From NCBI GenBank assembly GCA_043228905.1, contig JBHGNT010000016.1:10354001-10418000 (forward strand): DNA of 64,000 bases, given 5' to 3'. The position numbers and the translations under genes were made by a program. Positions 1 through 12,940 of this stretch are shown piece by piece; the stretch's first letter is position 1; every line of letters starts with the position of its first letter. The notes under the pieces were generated by a model that was not told where the DNA came from, ran no database searches, and saw only the letters and a program-made list of their open reading frames with translations. This DNA is from Azolla caroliniana. Taxonomy: Eukaryota; Plantae; Polypodiophyta.

Positions 1-1478
1 TCGAAGTCAGCTTTCGTGTTTTTTGTGAACATGGCGGATTTCATCTCGCGTGAATCGAGAATGAACATCTGGCCCTGTCTTCGTCCACGTGCGATGAGTC
101 GGCCCTCTTTTTCGATGAAGCAACTGCCTTGATTAAATCGAACTTGCATCCCTTGCTCTACAATTTGGTCGACCGAGACCAAATTCTTCGTAATGGTCGG
201 TACATGCAAGATATTTTTAATGTAAATTTGCTTACCTTCTTTTTCGAATGGAACATTGCCAATGTGCCGAATCGGGTGCGTAGTGTCATCTCTGGTTTCA
301 ACATAGCCAGGTCGGTCTGTCTCTCGAAGTTCTCGAAACCATTCTTGATGCGATGTCATATGGTTCGAGGCACCGGAATCGACGGACCATACGTCTTCCG
401 GACTGGAGGCACTAGTTGAGGTAGCGGCTGACATAGAGTTTGCTCTATGTTTCATCATGAACATTCCACCACGGTCAGAATTGTGCGCATACATTCCACC
501 ACGATCTTCGTAGTCGGAGTTGTGCCCGTACATTTCTCCACGGTCGGAGTTGTGTGCATACATTCCGCCATGATCTTCGTAGTCAGAGTTGTGTGCGTAA
601 TTCGTGAGTTGTCAGCTTGTGGAAGCCGATTCACGCATCTTCTTTCGGCACTCTTCTTCGTGGTGGCCAAGCTTTCCGAAATATCCGCATTCAGTTGCGT
701 TTTGACGGCTCGGGCCGGAGTGGAAGCTCCCCCTTCTTGCAAAGGTTCCTCGTTGGCCTCCGTTTTGCGACCGAAATTGGGAGTTGTTGTCGTAGGTCGG
801 ACTTCGTTCGCCTTGTCCTTGGCCAAATCGGCCTCTCACTCGTCCGCATCCTCTTCCTCCATTAGAGTGTGTGTAGATCATGTGGCCTTCCGACTCATTG
901 CTCCTTGTATGTACGTGGTTTACTTCGACCAATAGCATTGATTGGAGCTTGAAGGAGGGAGATTTCTCCCCTGCTAGAACGGCGGTTCGCATTGTGCCGA
1001 ACCGTGGTGCGAGGCCGCCGAGGCATATTAGCACCATCTCATCATCATCTATACTTACGCTTATTGAGCCGAGCGAGTCGCAAAGCTCCTTGATCTTCAA
1101 GGTGTATGTCGTGATGGACATGTCCCTTTGTTGAATGTTGTTCAACTCTTGGCAGAGTTGAAGCTTCCTCGCGGTCGTGTTGGCGGCGAAAATCTTTCGT
1201 AGATTTTCCAACGCTTCCTTCGGTGTCTTGGCTTCTCGAATGTAACCAAGCATGTGGTCGTGAACACATGTCGTCAAACAATACATCACGCGGCTTGCGG
1301 CTTGTTCCCATGTCGCGTATCTGGGAGCCGCTTCGGCGGGTCGGTCTTCATGCGCTCCTTTGATGTAGCTCCAATAGCCTTGTCCGACAAGGTATTGGTG
1401 CATCTTGTACTCCCAAGATGCGAAGTTGTTTCGATCCAACTTCTTGGTAGGGAGAGCGCTCCCCATTTGAGTATTCAT
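1..1478 (-). pseudogene. gag-pol: copia gag-protease, interrupted by an in-frame TGA at 612-614
   Basis: UBN2-type gag, a degenerate knuckle (CGYFGKLGHHEEEC), then in frame after the stop: QLTNYAHNSD...VWSVDSGASNHMTSHQEWF. Confidence 0.85.
461..600 (-). repeat. In-frame minisatellite (alternating ~39/30-bp units) encoding 4 x Y(A/G)HNSD
   Basis: The minus strand reads NYAHNSDYEDHGGMYAHNSDRGEMYGHNSDYEDRGGMYAHNSDRGGM in the gag-pol frame. Confidence 0.85.
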
Positions 1479-4400
1479 TATGTCAATTCTTCTTCTTCTT
1501 CTTCTCTCTTCGAATGTGAGCTATGTAGCGAAGCTACGATAGCTATGAGCTGGTTCTTGGTTGTCGGCGTAGAGCACAACACACGATCACGATGAGGCGA
1601 ATGGGCTAGATCGAGCTACCAAATCGCTCTGATACCATGTAAAGAATCAAGAGATGGATTCTTGTGAAGCGGAAGAGATGTGAGTTATGTGTGTGTGTGT
1701 AAGAGAGAGAGAGTGAGTGAGTGAGTGAAACATAGAGAATACGCAAGGTAAAAGTATATTGACAAAGGAGAAAGACTCAACATTATACAAGGTGGGAGGA
1801 GGGTGCTTTATGTAGTCACCCTCTCTCTTCATTAACCATAAGCCTCATGGAGCATGGGGAATGTGAAAGCTCATAAGTTATGTGTCATAGAATATGATTC
1901 TATGACTCATACTAAATGCTAGAATACAAAGTGGTGACATAATGGTGACATAATGGTGACTTTGACCGTTGGAGTGTCTCTTCACTCTCAAGGTGAGTTC
2001 ACACACTAGACCAAGTTGAGCTTGATTCTCAACAATAAAGAACCCAAGATCGGCCTTCCTATGAAATTTGATGGAACACGATCACAATTCAGAGGATTCT
2101 TTAATCAAGTACGATTAGTCATTCAAATGCATCCTTCCCGATATCCCACCGATGCACCACGACTGGGTCTAGTAGCCACGTTGCTAAGTGGCTTAGCGTT
2201 GACATGGTTCACTCCGTTGTTAGAAAAGGAATCTCCATTACTAAATAATTTTGAGGAGTTTATAAGCAAGCTTAAAGCTTCTTTTGGAGATACTGATAGC
2301 ATAAGGATGGTAATCAAGAAAATCCAACGATTACATCAAGGTGATCATCCAGCCTCTACATACACTGCAAATTCCCGTCTACTCACCTCCGATATCCCCT
2401 GGGATGATAAAGCATTAATGGAACAATTTCAATACGGCCTATGAAATGATGTCAAAGACATACTCCTAACTTTCCCTTAAGAACCAAAATCACTCACAGA
2501 GGCAATCAGTCAAGCGGTAAGATGTGATAACCGGCTTTTTGAGCAACGTTCGGAACACCAATTACAAATGCCAAGGACCAGGTGGGAGCCCACATATGCC
2601 TCAGTCGCTGCAAAACCATTTGCAAGGGAGTCATGTAATGCATCTCCGGCAAATATTCAAACACCGATGGAAATCGACACCACACGTCGTCGTGGTCCAT
2701 TGTCGGAAGAAGAAAAGCAACGACACTGAGCAAATCGATTATGTCTCTATTGCAGAGGGCCAGGGCATATCGCAATAAACTGTCCACATAGGCTAAGAAA
2801 GTAGGTAAATCAAGTAGTAGCTTGTACTAAACCCGAGTCTATTTCATTAGAAATTTCTGATAGTTCTAATAGCCCAAATCTATCGAACAAATTTGAAGTC
2901 CTTAGTCAATTAGAAGAAGAGTTAAATGACTAAGTCCAGCCAAAATAGGAGCCGTTTGGTTGGACAGCCCTAGATCTGTGCAGCCCATTAGTGGTTCCAT
3001 TTTCTCTAACCAAGTTAGCAATGTGTTCTTAGCTCAAGTAATGGTTAGTAATAAAAGTACTCCTCAAGTACATGTCTTAGCACTCTTAGATTCTGGAGCC
3101 AACTCTTGCTTCATGGATAGGAATTTGGCCCAAGCTCATCAAATATCCCTAAGAAAACTTTCTTGCCCATTATTTGTAGTAGTTATTGATGGTCATCCCA
3201 TAGCTTCCGGAAATATCGTAGAAGAGTCAGAGCCGATTGAGGTTGTCCTAGATAATTTGGTGTGTGTTGTATCATTTAATATAATTAGTAGTCCAGATCA
3301 TCCAATTGTCTTGGGGTTACCGTGGCTCGAATTACATAGCCTAGACATAGATTGGAGAACAAGAGAAATCCGGTATCGACAAACCCAAGGACCTACTCAT
3401 AGGATTGCAAGAATTTTGCTACAAGCAATTGCGTGAGGAAGGACGCAAGGAAGCAATGCTTTCCTTCACAGTATTAGTAAAACCTTCTAACAGCACTAAA
3501 GAGGAATCCATAGTTCAACTTCCAGAGAAGTATCCTCATTAGGCCAACGTGTTTGATAAGGTACAAGCCAGTGCGCTTCCTCACCACCGACCGTATGATT
3601 GTCCCATTGATTTACAACCGGGAAAATAGCCACCATGGGAACCGATCTACAACTTGTCACCAACCGAGGTAGAGGTCCTTCAATCCTACATAGAGGAGAA
3701 TTTAACAAACGGTTTCATTCGACATTCGAAATCTCTAGCCGGCGCACCCATTTTCTTTGTCAAGAAAAAGGATGGATCACTTCGTCTTGTCGTAGATTAC
3801 CATGGCTTGAATAAGTCACCATCAAGAATAGGTATGCACTTCCCCTTATCACGAATCTTTTAGAATGGATCAATGGTGCAAATTTCTTCACAAAGATTGA
3901 CTTATGAGGAGCATATAACCTCGTACGGGTCCGACCAGGAGATGAATGGAAGACCGCGTTTCGCACCAGATAGGGGCACTTCGAGTATACAGTCATGCCG
4001 TTCGGTCTCACTAATGCACCAACAATCTCCTAGCACATGACAAATGATATATTCCGAGATCTCTTGGATATTTGTTTCATCATCTATTTGGATGATATTT
4101 TGGTTTATTCTAAGACTCAAGAAGAACATGATTCTCATGTACTGTTAGTACTAAAATAACTTCAAGAACATGGTCTTTATGAAAAACTAGAAAAATGTAG
4201 TTTCGAGTGCAACTACGTGGAATTTCTAGGCTATGTCATTTCCTCGGAAGGCATCTCCATGGATCCAACTAAGGTCAAAACGGTGGTAGAGTGGCAGACT
4301 CCACGTTCATTGTGAGATGTGCAATGCTTTTTAGGCTTCGCCAATTTCTACTGCAAATTTATATAGGATTACTGAAAGCTTATTCTGCCTCTCACACAAC

Positions 4401-4865
4401 TTACCAAGAAGGGCACTCGTTTGTTTGGTCTAAAGAAGCAGACACGGCTTTTTTGAGTCTTAAGAAAGCATTTACATCAGCTCCTATTCTACCTCATGTT
4501 GACCCGAAAAAATTGTTCATCAATGAGGCAGACGTGTCGGATTTTGCTCTAGGTAGCATTCTGTCACAACCAGGAGATGATGAAAAGCTACATCCTGTGG
4601 CTTTCTACTCACGCAAGTTTGATGCCGTCGGAACCAACTACGAAATACATGACAAGGAGCTATTAGCAATAGTGGACTCTTTTACACAATGGAGGCATGT
4701 TTTAGAGAGATCTTCTCATCAAGTCACCGTTGTCATGAAGAATTTTGGCCAGAGGCGGAAACCGGGAAATATTGACTACATCGGCAGGGTGCACCATGTG
4801 CACTGACCCTCGTGTAATTGTGTGAATAATAGGAGTTAAGTCGGGACGAAGAATCCCATGTAAAT

Positions 4866-6770
4866 CGGGATTTATCCCACATTGTAATGCATCCCTCTCC
4901 TTGTTCTATAAAGGGAAGGGATGGTCCCTTGTAGAAGGGTTGCCCATTTTGTATTAGTAGGGTATACCGTTAGACGGAGTGACGTTCTCTCACTCTCTCT
5001 GGTTTTAGGGTTTCTTCTTCTTGTTCTTTTCTTTTCTTTTCTTTTCTTCTTCTTCGTCCTTATGTGCGTCGAGCCTTGGCATCTAGCGTGACAGTTTTCC
5101 GCCCTGTACTCTGTGCAAGACCCTGTTCGGCGCAACAAGCCCGAGAGCTCCCTGACTAGCGGCTTCGCAGTAGACAACGGTTGTATCTCATGCGGAGTAG
5201 GTCCGGCTTGAAGTTGGTGTTGATTCTCGTTGTCTTGTAAATACATATACATGTGGTTGTGCATATTCGGGTCTCTGTTGGTGTGCGTGCGTGTGTCCTA
5301 GTGTTTCTTTCTTTCTTATGTACATGTTCATGCGAGTGTCAATGTTGCACGCCTTCTCACTCTCTCTCTCTCCCTTCGGTTGCTTCCGGTGTGCTCCTGG
5401 GGTGCCCCGAAAGGGGTGAAGCGCGGCTTCCTACGCTCCGTCACTCCCTAGTCCAAGACCCCCGTGGTCCCGCCTTTCTCCACCCACGCGCGGGATTTAT
5501 CCCACATTGTAATGCATCCCTCTCCTTGTTCTATAAAGGGAAGGGATGGTCCCTTGTAGAAGGGTTGCCCATTTTGTATTAGTAGGGTATACCGTTAGAC
5601 GGAGTGACGTTCTCTCACTCTCTCTCTCTCTCTCTCTCTGGTTTTAGGGTTTCTTCTTCTTGTTCTTTTCTTTTCTTTTCTTTTCTTCTTCTTCGTCCTT
5701 ATGTGCGTCGAGCCTTGGCATCTAGCGTGACAATTTTCTGCCCTGTACTCTGTGCAAGACCCTATTCGGCGCAACAAGCCCGAGAGCTCCCTGACTAGCG
5801 GCTTCGCAGTAGACAACGGTTGTATCTCATGCGGAGTAGGTCCGGCTTGAAGTTGGTGTTGATTCTCGTTGTCTTGTAAATACATATACATGTGGTTGTG
5901 CATATTCGGGTCTCTGTTGGTGTGCGTGCGTGTGTCCTAGTGTTTCTTTCTTTCTTATGTACATGTTCATGCGAGTGTCAATGTTGCACGCCTTCTCACT
6001 CTCTCTCTCTCCCTTCGGTTGCTTCCGGTGTGCTCCTGGGGTGCCCCGAAAGGAGTGAAGCGCGGCTTCCTACGCTCCGTCACTCCCTAGTCCAAGACCC
6101 CCGTGGTCCCGCCTTTCTCCACCCACGCGCGGGATTTATCCCACATTGTAATGCATCCCTCTCCTTGTTCTATAAAGGGAAGGGATGGTCCCTTGTAGAA
6201 GGGTTGCCCATTTTGTATTAGTAGGGTATACCGTTAGACGGAGTGACGTTCTCTCACTCTCTCTCTCTCTCTCTCTCTGGTTTTAGGGTTTCTTCTTCTT
6301 GTTCTTTTCTTTTCTTTTCTTTTCTTCTTCTTCGTCCTTATGTGCGTCGAGCCTTGGCATCTAGCGTGACAATTTTCTGCCCTGTACTCTGTGCAAGACC
6401 CTATTCGGCGCAACAAGCCCGAGAGCTCCCTGACTAGCGGCTTCGCAGTAGACAACGGTTGTATCTCATGCGGAGTAGGTCCGGCTTGAAGTTGGTGTTG
6501 ATTCTCGTTGTCTTGTAAATACATATACATGTGGTTGTGCATATTCGGGTCTCTGTTGGTGTGCGTGCGTGTGTCCTAGTGTTTCTTTCTTTCTTATGTA
6601 CATGTTCATGCGAGTGTCAATGTTGCACGCCTTCTCACTCTCTCTCTCTCCCTTCGGTTGCTTCCGGTGTGCTCCTGGGGTGCCCCGAAAGGGGTGAAGC
6701 GCGGCTTCCTACGCTCCGTCACTCCCTAGTCCAAGACCCCCGTGGTCCCGCCTTTCTCCACCCACGCGCG
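4866..6770 (+). repeat. Tandem triplication of most of the 5' LTR (units start at 4866, 5491 and 6130; 625/639/639 bp)
   Basis: Three near-identical copies beginning CGGGATTTATCCCAC; the 3' LTR has only one copy (from 10790). Confidence 0.95.
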
Positions 6771-6787
6771 TAACAGCGTGACATCTT

Positions 6788-6805
6788 TGGTGAACCCGAT
6801 GTGAA
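6788..6805 (+). promoter_or_regulatory. Primer binding site complementary to the tRNA-Trp 3' end
   Basis: TGGTGAACCCGATGTGAA lies 4 nt after the LTR end. The plant tRNA-Trp 3' end (...TTCACGTCGGGTTCACCA) pairs with it with one G-U. Confidence 0.85.
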
Positions 6806-6820
6806 AGGCGGCAGGGGAGG

Positions 6821-7450
6821 ATGGAGTCGGAAGACGATGACCTCGCGGTGATGGTGGCCGAAGTGGTGTTGGAGTCGGCACGAGTGGTGATGAGGCGAGA
6901 AGCAGCGCAACAAGCGGTTGAGGGAGTGGTAGAAAGAGTCGGTCGTTTCAACGGGAACGAAGTCCCATCTTACTTGGAAGCCTACAACGTGGAAATCGAG
7001 GAGCGAGACGTGGACGAAGCGTTGAGGCTGGAGTTCTTCTGTCGGGCTATCGCCGTTCGTATGCACGCGGAAGTGAAGGAGCTCCGACAAGCTCATAGTT
7101 CGTGGGAGGCCTTTGAAGAGGCGCTCCTGCAGGCATATGGAGGATAGCAGAAGAGCCGGGGACGGCATGACTTCGACCAGTGGGTAGCATCGGCAAAGAC
7201 CCACCGGGACGCAACGAAGGCCCTCCGAGAGTTCAAGCGACGGCTTGCTCGGCTCCCAGAGCGGGAACAAGGTTTGGTGGGGGCGGACAAGGTCCTATTG
7301 TTCGTCAGGTCGATCGACTGAGCGGAACGGGAGGCCATTGGGATTGAGCTCGAAGACGACGACGGAGCGAATAGGCTTACGGAGGACTGGTCGAAGGTCC
7401 GAAGGGTGTGCCAACGGCTAGACAATGAGCGAGCCGAGAAGGCTAAGAGG
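6821..7450 (+). pseudogene. gag: gypsy gag (family D), with in-frame stops
   Basis: VGRFNGNEVPSYLEAYNVE...WEAFEEALLQAYG*...LLFVRSID*...LTEDWSKVRRVC; colinear with the gag at 48966-49710. Confidence 0.8.
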
Positions 7451-10400
7451 AAGGCGCGCAATGGCATGCCATCACAACGGGAAGAGGCCGAACGGCAAAG
7501 AGAGTCGGCAAGGGTCGGTGTTGGGGCCAGGATTGCGGAGGCGTACGCGGCTCTCGAGGCGATGCTCGAGGAAGAGGAAAGATCGAGGCCGCAAGCCGAG
7601 ACTGAGGAGACGGACTTGCCCCACGCGATGGTGGAAGGTCGGTACAACGGTACCATGGGAGAGGGTGCAGAACAAAACGCCCTCTCGACTTGTGGAGAAA
7701 GAACGGCCAAGGACGAACCCAAGATACCGATCGCGGGATCAGAACATTGGAACCAGTGGTATCGGGCGTGTCAGCCTGAAACCCCGGTCATTGGAGAAGC
7801 AAGCCAAGATGGGGCTTGCGCGATCAATAAGGAGGCGACTGCCGACCACGAAGAGCCTACAACTACGGACAAGGGCGTAAACCGGATGGGCGATTCTTTG
7901 AGCCTTCCCACACTTGCTCCCGAGACGATGGCAGTCGGGCCCGAGTGCCCACGTGAGTCCGTGGAGGAAGGCGGCGGCGAGAGACCAAGAATCACCGGCG
8001 AGACGATACGGGGAAGGAGCAGACGAAAGCCCTCGAACCCGATTCCGGAGAACTCGGCGTTCAGGCCCTGATGCCCAAGTGAGACCGAGGAGAGGGATGA
8101 CGGTATCGAGGAGTCCTGGCACGATGCCAACGAAGATGGATGGGGGATGGCTAGCGAAAAGGGCGATGAAGAGACCAGGGAACGACGCGACCGGGGACCG
8201 AACTATGCAATGCTCCGATACGGGTGGAGCGTAATCTGGCCGTGGATTGTTCGATCGGGGCCGGATTCGGCATAAAGGTGCTGATACAGGAGAGGGTGCG
8301 GGACGAGCCGCCCTCTTTTACATGGGGAGAAAGACCGATCGGGCGAAGGTCGGGAATTGGAGGGAAGGTGATCAAAGGTTCGAAACGAGTCTGGCAAGGT
8401 CGGCATCGGAGCCGAAACTCCGAACATTGGAGAATCAAGCTCAGGCGGGGCTTGATTGATCACAGAGCGGGTGATGTCCACCGACACCACTAGGCCCGGA
8501 CGAGTTGCAGTAAGACGTTGCGAAATCGGTTACGCCACATCCTATCCGGAGACTACGGTTGTTCAGCCGACGGGGCAACGTAAGACCGAAAGAGATGGAA
8601 GATGGAGGCAGGAACACAGCAAGGAGACCGGCGAAGAGTTACGGAGAAGTACGAGGATGAAGAGGAGAACAAAGACCGGTCGCATGAGATCTTCACACCA
8701 ATCCGGCGGTCGGCCCGAGTGCCGGCGTGAGTCCTATAGGAGAGGTCGGTGGCGACAAGAAAACGGGACCCGGCAATCTGGAGAATGGGAATGGACACGG
8801 ACGAGAACCAGGCGGAGCGAACTCCAAGATAACCATTCCGGGAGGGAGGAAGAGAGCAAGCCTACGAAGAGGCCGGGAACACGGTACGTCGGTACCACGG
8901 GAGAGGGTGTGGAGCAAGCCACCCTCCCGACTTGCGAAAGAAGGAAGACCCGGGATAAGGGTCAAGGGTACGAGGAGCCCAAGGAGGATCCTTCACACCG
9001 GATCTAGAGACTTCGGCAGTCGGCAGCGCGGTCGGCGTAAGACCAAGATACTGACGGTGGCGGTGGGGGGACAAGGGCAGGCAAACCGAGGTCCCACGAA
9101 GATCCTCACACCAATCCGGCGGTCGGCCCGAGTGCCGGCGTGAGTCCTATAGAGGAGATTGGTGGCGGCAGGTGAACGTGATCGGACGACGGAAGCAAAG
9201 AAAGAAGGTATTAGGCCGGCAAGGCGGCTACAGACCATCTCAAACCTTCCGGCAAGGTGAGTGGGTGTAAGGAAGTCCGGTCCTACGGGATCCCCACACC
9301 AAACCAGAGACTCTGGCTGTTCGGCCAACGTGGCAACATGAGACTGAGAGAGGTTGGTGGCGGCGGGAAATGGGACCCGACTACGCGGAGGACACGAGGA
9401 GAATCCAGGAGGAACTCAAACAAACACACCCTGAATTTCGGCAAGCAAAGAAACAAAGACCGGTCCTATGGGACCTTCACACCGGTTCCGAAGACTCCGG
9501 CTGTTCGGCCAACGTGGCAACGTAAGACCGAGGGAGAAGGAAGGTGGCGGCAAGGAACGGGACCCGACATCGACAAAGGCCGGTAAGACGGGGCGGACGA
9601 AATGCGAAACCCCTACCGGCCGGTTACGGTTTCGGAAGGAGCCAGTAGGGGCAAACACAGGAGGTGTGTCAGGCCGAAAAGGCACACCGGGGACGGAACA
9701 AGAGTCTCGCAAGTGGCCATCGTGGGCCGGATCCAAGCGTGACTACTGGACGGTGTTCGGCACGGGCGGTGCCAAACAAAGGAAGCGGAAGACGGCACAA
9801 GGGAGGTGACAGGAACGGGGTGAGGGGTGCCTAGTGGACTGCACAGGATCGGAGTCAAGGGATGACAAGAGAGGCCAGAGGAGGATCCTTCACGCTCGCT
9901 TCGTAGATCTCGGGAGCTCCGTCGAAGTAGCGAAGATTGACACGGCAAGCCCGGGGTGACAAGCTGGTGGGGGCGAGGGGACGACGGCAAGCGGGAGACT
10001 CGGGACCTGTTGCAGCAGCGCGAAGACGGGAAGGGCCAAGCGGGCTACTACGGGGTGTTCCTCGGATGCGGAGGACACCGGTATGCGGCTGAGCAGCGAT
10101 GCACGATCTGGCCGGGAAAGGGGCCGACAAGGCGTGCAATGAACCGAAGTACGGCAAAGGCAGGGCCAAACAACGGACGAGGGTATGCGGCACACGGAGG
10201 TACCGGGGCGGAAAGGCGAGCGTGAAGATGGGTTGTGCGGTTCGGAGGTAGCGTGTAGAAGGCTAGAAAAGGATCCTCCACACCGTTCTGAAGACCATGG
10301 CAGTTCGACACCATGGAGAAGGAAGGAGGCGGCGAGAGGATGAACGCAACGCGAAGCAACATGGGACGACAATCAGGACAACACGAATGGTTGACGAAGG

Positions 10401-12940
10401 CCAAGCGGGCACTATGGGCGTTCTCCAAGTGGAGGACATCGGGCATACGGTGGAGAACGGAGCGTGTATACGGCTGAACAAGGGCCAGCGGAAGTACGCA
10501 TACTACGGAGATCGCGGCGAAGGACCCATCGACGGGTAGAACGAGCCTACGGAGAGGTAAGCGCGAATGGAGAACCGCAACTGACGGTTCAAACCGGCAG
10601 CAAGCCGGGATGCGGATTACGGAAGACCGGTTTCTCACCGACCGAAATCTCTCACCCTTTAACCAGAATTGGCCAGAGGCGGAAACCGGGAAATATTGGC
10701 TACATCGGTAGGGTGCACCATGTGCACTCACCCTCGTGTAATTGTGTGAATAATAGGAGTTAAGTCGGGACTAAGAATCCCATGTAAATCGGGATTTATC
10801 CCACATTGTAACGCATCCCTCTCCTTGTTCTATAAAGGGAAGGGATGGTCCCTTGTAGAAGGGTTGCCCATTTTGTATTAGTAGGGTATACCGTTACGGA
10901 GTGACGTTCTCTCTCTCTCTCTCTCTCTCTCCATTGTTTTAGGGTTTCTTCTTCTTGTTCTTTTCTTTTCTTCTTCTTCGTCCTTATGTGCGTCGAGCCT
11001 TGGCATCTAGCGTGGTAGTTTTCTGCCCTGTACTCTATGCAAGACCCCGTTCGGCGCAACAAGCCCGAGAGCTCCCTGACCGGCGGCTTCGCAGTAGACA
11101 ACGGTTGTATCTTGTGCGGCGTAGGTCCGGCTTGAAGTCGGTGTTGATTCTCATTGTCTTGTAAATACATATACATGCGGTTGTGCATATTCGGGTCTCT
11201 GTTGGTGTGCGTGCGTGTGTCCTAGTGTTTCTTTCTTTCTTATGTACATGTTCGTGCGAGTGTCAATGTTGCACGCCTGCTCACTCTCTCTCTCTCCCTT
11301 TGGTTGCTTCCGGTGTACTCCTGGGGTACCCCGAAAGGGGTGAAGCGCGGCTTCCTACGCTCCGTCACTCCCTAGTCCAAGACCCCCGTAATCCCGCCTT
11401 TCTCCACGCATGTGCGTAACAACGCGACACCGTATTCAATGATCACAAAAATCTTGCCTACTTCCATAATCCTTGTGTATTAAATCGACATCAAGCTCGG
11501 TGGGCCCAATTCCTCACTCGTTTCAACTTCAAAATTACATATCATCCTGGGATGCAACAAGGGAAGGCAAATGTGTTATCACAATGCTCGTATCTAGCAC
11601 CTGCTCCCGGTGAGCTAGTATTCGATAATCAAAAGCAAGTAATCCTAGGACCGGCACAATTACAAGCAATGTGGGTTTTCAATACGCCATGTGATTCACA
11701 CATTATCGATACCATATGTGAAGACTTGAAGATAGACGCTTTCGCTCAAGCCATTCTAGCACAAGTTGATCCCTCTCGGGCATCTTGTTCACACTCAGAA
11801 CAACCAGGTACGGACTGTCGACAATTCAAATGTCATGATGGATTACTGTATGTTCCTAATGGTTCTTGTCGCCTTCGAGTAGTCCAAAATTGTCATGACA
11901 CATATACAACAGGGCATTTTGGTAGTACTAAAACATTGGATTTAGAACAACGATCATTCTGGTGGCCTCATATGCAACGATTTGTCGAAGACTATGTTCG
12001 GACATGTGATACATGTTGCAAAGCAAAGATGCCAAGACATCATCTATATGGTTTATTGGAACCATTACCAATTCCAAGCAAGTCGTGGCAATCCATTTCT
12101 CTAGATTTCATCACAGATCTTCCAGTTTCAAAGGGATTCGATGCGATCTTAACAGTAGTAGATCGATATACGAAGATGGCACATTTTTTTCCTTGTACTA
12201 AGGAAATCACTAGTGAAAAAACCACCGAAACTGTCATGCGTGAGGTGTGTCGGCATCATGGCCTCCCCGATAGTATCATCAGCGACTGTGGACCCCAATT
12301 TGTTTCAAAATTTTGGAGCATCTCTTCAAAATGCTCAAGGTCACTTGTAACCTCTCCTCCGACTACCACCCACAAACATATGGACAAGCAAAACGAACAA
12401 ATTAAACGCTGGAACAATATCTTTGGTGTTTTCTAAGCTATCAACAAGATGACTGGGTAGTGTCATGATATAGCATGGTATGGCTTCAAAGGGATTTGAA
12501 CCCATGTTAGATTTCTCTTGAACATTCTAGAAATGTCAAGAGTATTCCTAAGTCACATTTCTAGAGTATTCTTAAGCCACTATAAAAAGAGGCACATGGC
12601 ATTATTGAGAATCAATTGGTTCAACGCTAGTCTTCAGCCTCCTAGCTATTCCTATATATTCTCTTCATAGAATATAGTACGGTTGCATGCACAACTAAAA
12701 ATAGAGGTCATGCAACTAAAGTAAGGTCATGCATGAATTCTATATTAGAAAAAGCATGGAGATAAGTCTCCCATCACTATATAAGGGTGGAAAGCACAAT
12801 GTAATAGGGGGGTCAATTTTATTTGTCCTTAAGATTTTGGGGAAGATATAACTCGCATAAACCCTAATTTTCCTTACGGAAGCCATATCTCTTAGTTTAA
12901 GGACTTAGAATCTAGAATCACATTTTTTAAAAGGAGACCA

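Larger units (their letters stand above)
1..2005 (-). mobile_element. Ty1/copia LTR retrotransposon (family A), 5' part: 5' LTR 1638-~2005, PBS, gag and protease; runs off the window start
   Basis: GCTCTGATACCA at 1626-1637 is the reverse complement of the tRNA-iMet PBS and abuts TGTAAAG at 1638. ORF 612-1478 is a copia gag (KLDRNNFASWEYKM...). The same frame continues through a TGA to the protease motif WSVDSGASNHMT. The outer LTR end (~2005, ...TTCACACA) is approximate. Confidence 0.9.
4731..11429 (+). mobile_element. Non-autonomous gag-only Ty3/gypsy derivative (family D), tRNA-Trp primed, 4-bp TSD CCGT
   Basis: TGTCA...CGACA ends; CCGT at 4727-4730 and 11430-11433; 5' LTR 4731-6783; 3' LTR homology ~10665-11429; PBS at 6788; decayed gag at 6821-~7450; no RT, RH or INT motifs seen in the rest of the interior. 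Confidence 0.9.
2006..12680 (+). mobile_element. Chromovirus-type (Tcn1/Tf1-like) Ty3/gypsy, degenerate: gag-PR-RT-RH 2006-4730, RH end and INT 11430-12460, partial LTR 12461-~12680
   Basis: gag KEPKIGLPMKFDGTRSQFRGF; protease ALLDSGANSCF; [21 protein letters not shown] and IYLDDIL; RH EADVSDFALG...YEIHDKELLAIV; INT HDTYTTGHFG...CDTC...[10 protein letters not shown]. The reading QVTVFNDHKNL is restored across the 4731-11429 insertion. The LTR start TGTCATGATATAGCATG matches the LTRs at 19729 and 22818. Confidence 0.9.

Noticed and set aside
2006-2010. CTAGA next to the 1638-2005 LTR equals the TSD of the 51216 element
   Set aside because: The families differ, the LTR end is approximate and the other flank is outside the window, so it is likely coincidence.
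5003-5012. Telomere-like TTTTAGGGTT and (CT)n/(GA)n tracts in LTRs
   Set aside because: Single telo-box-like motifs and microsatellites are common in plant LTRs, and there is no array.
4872-11419. Repeated 100-130 aa ORFs (MHNHMYMY..., MVVHIRVS...) and the many overlapping GC-rich ORFs at 7400-10700 as genes
   Set aside because: They lie in LTR repeats or low-complexity interior sequence, overlap on both strands, and show no recognisable domains.
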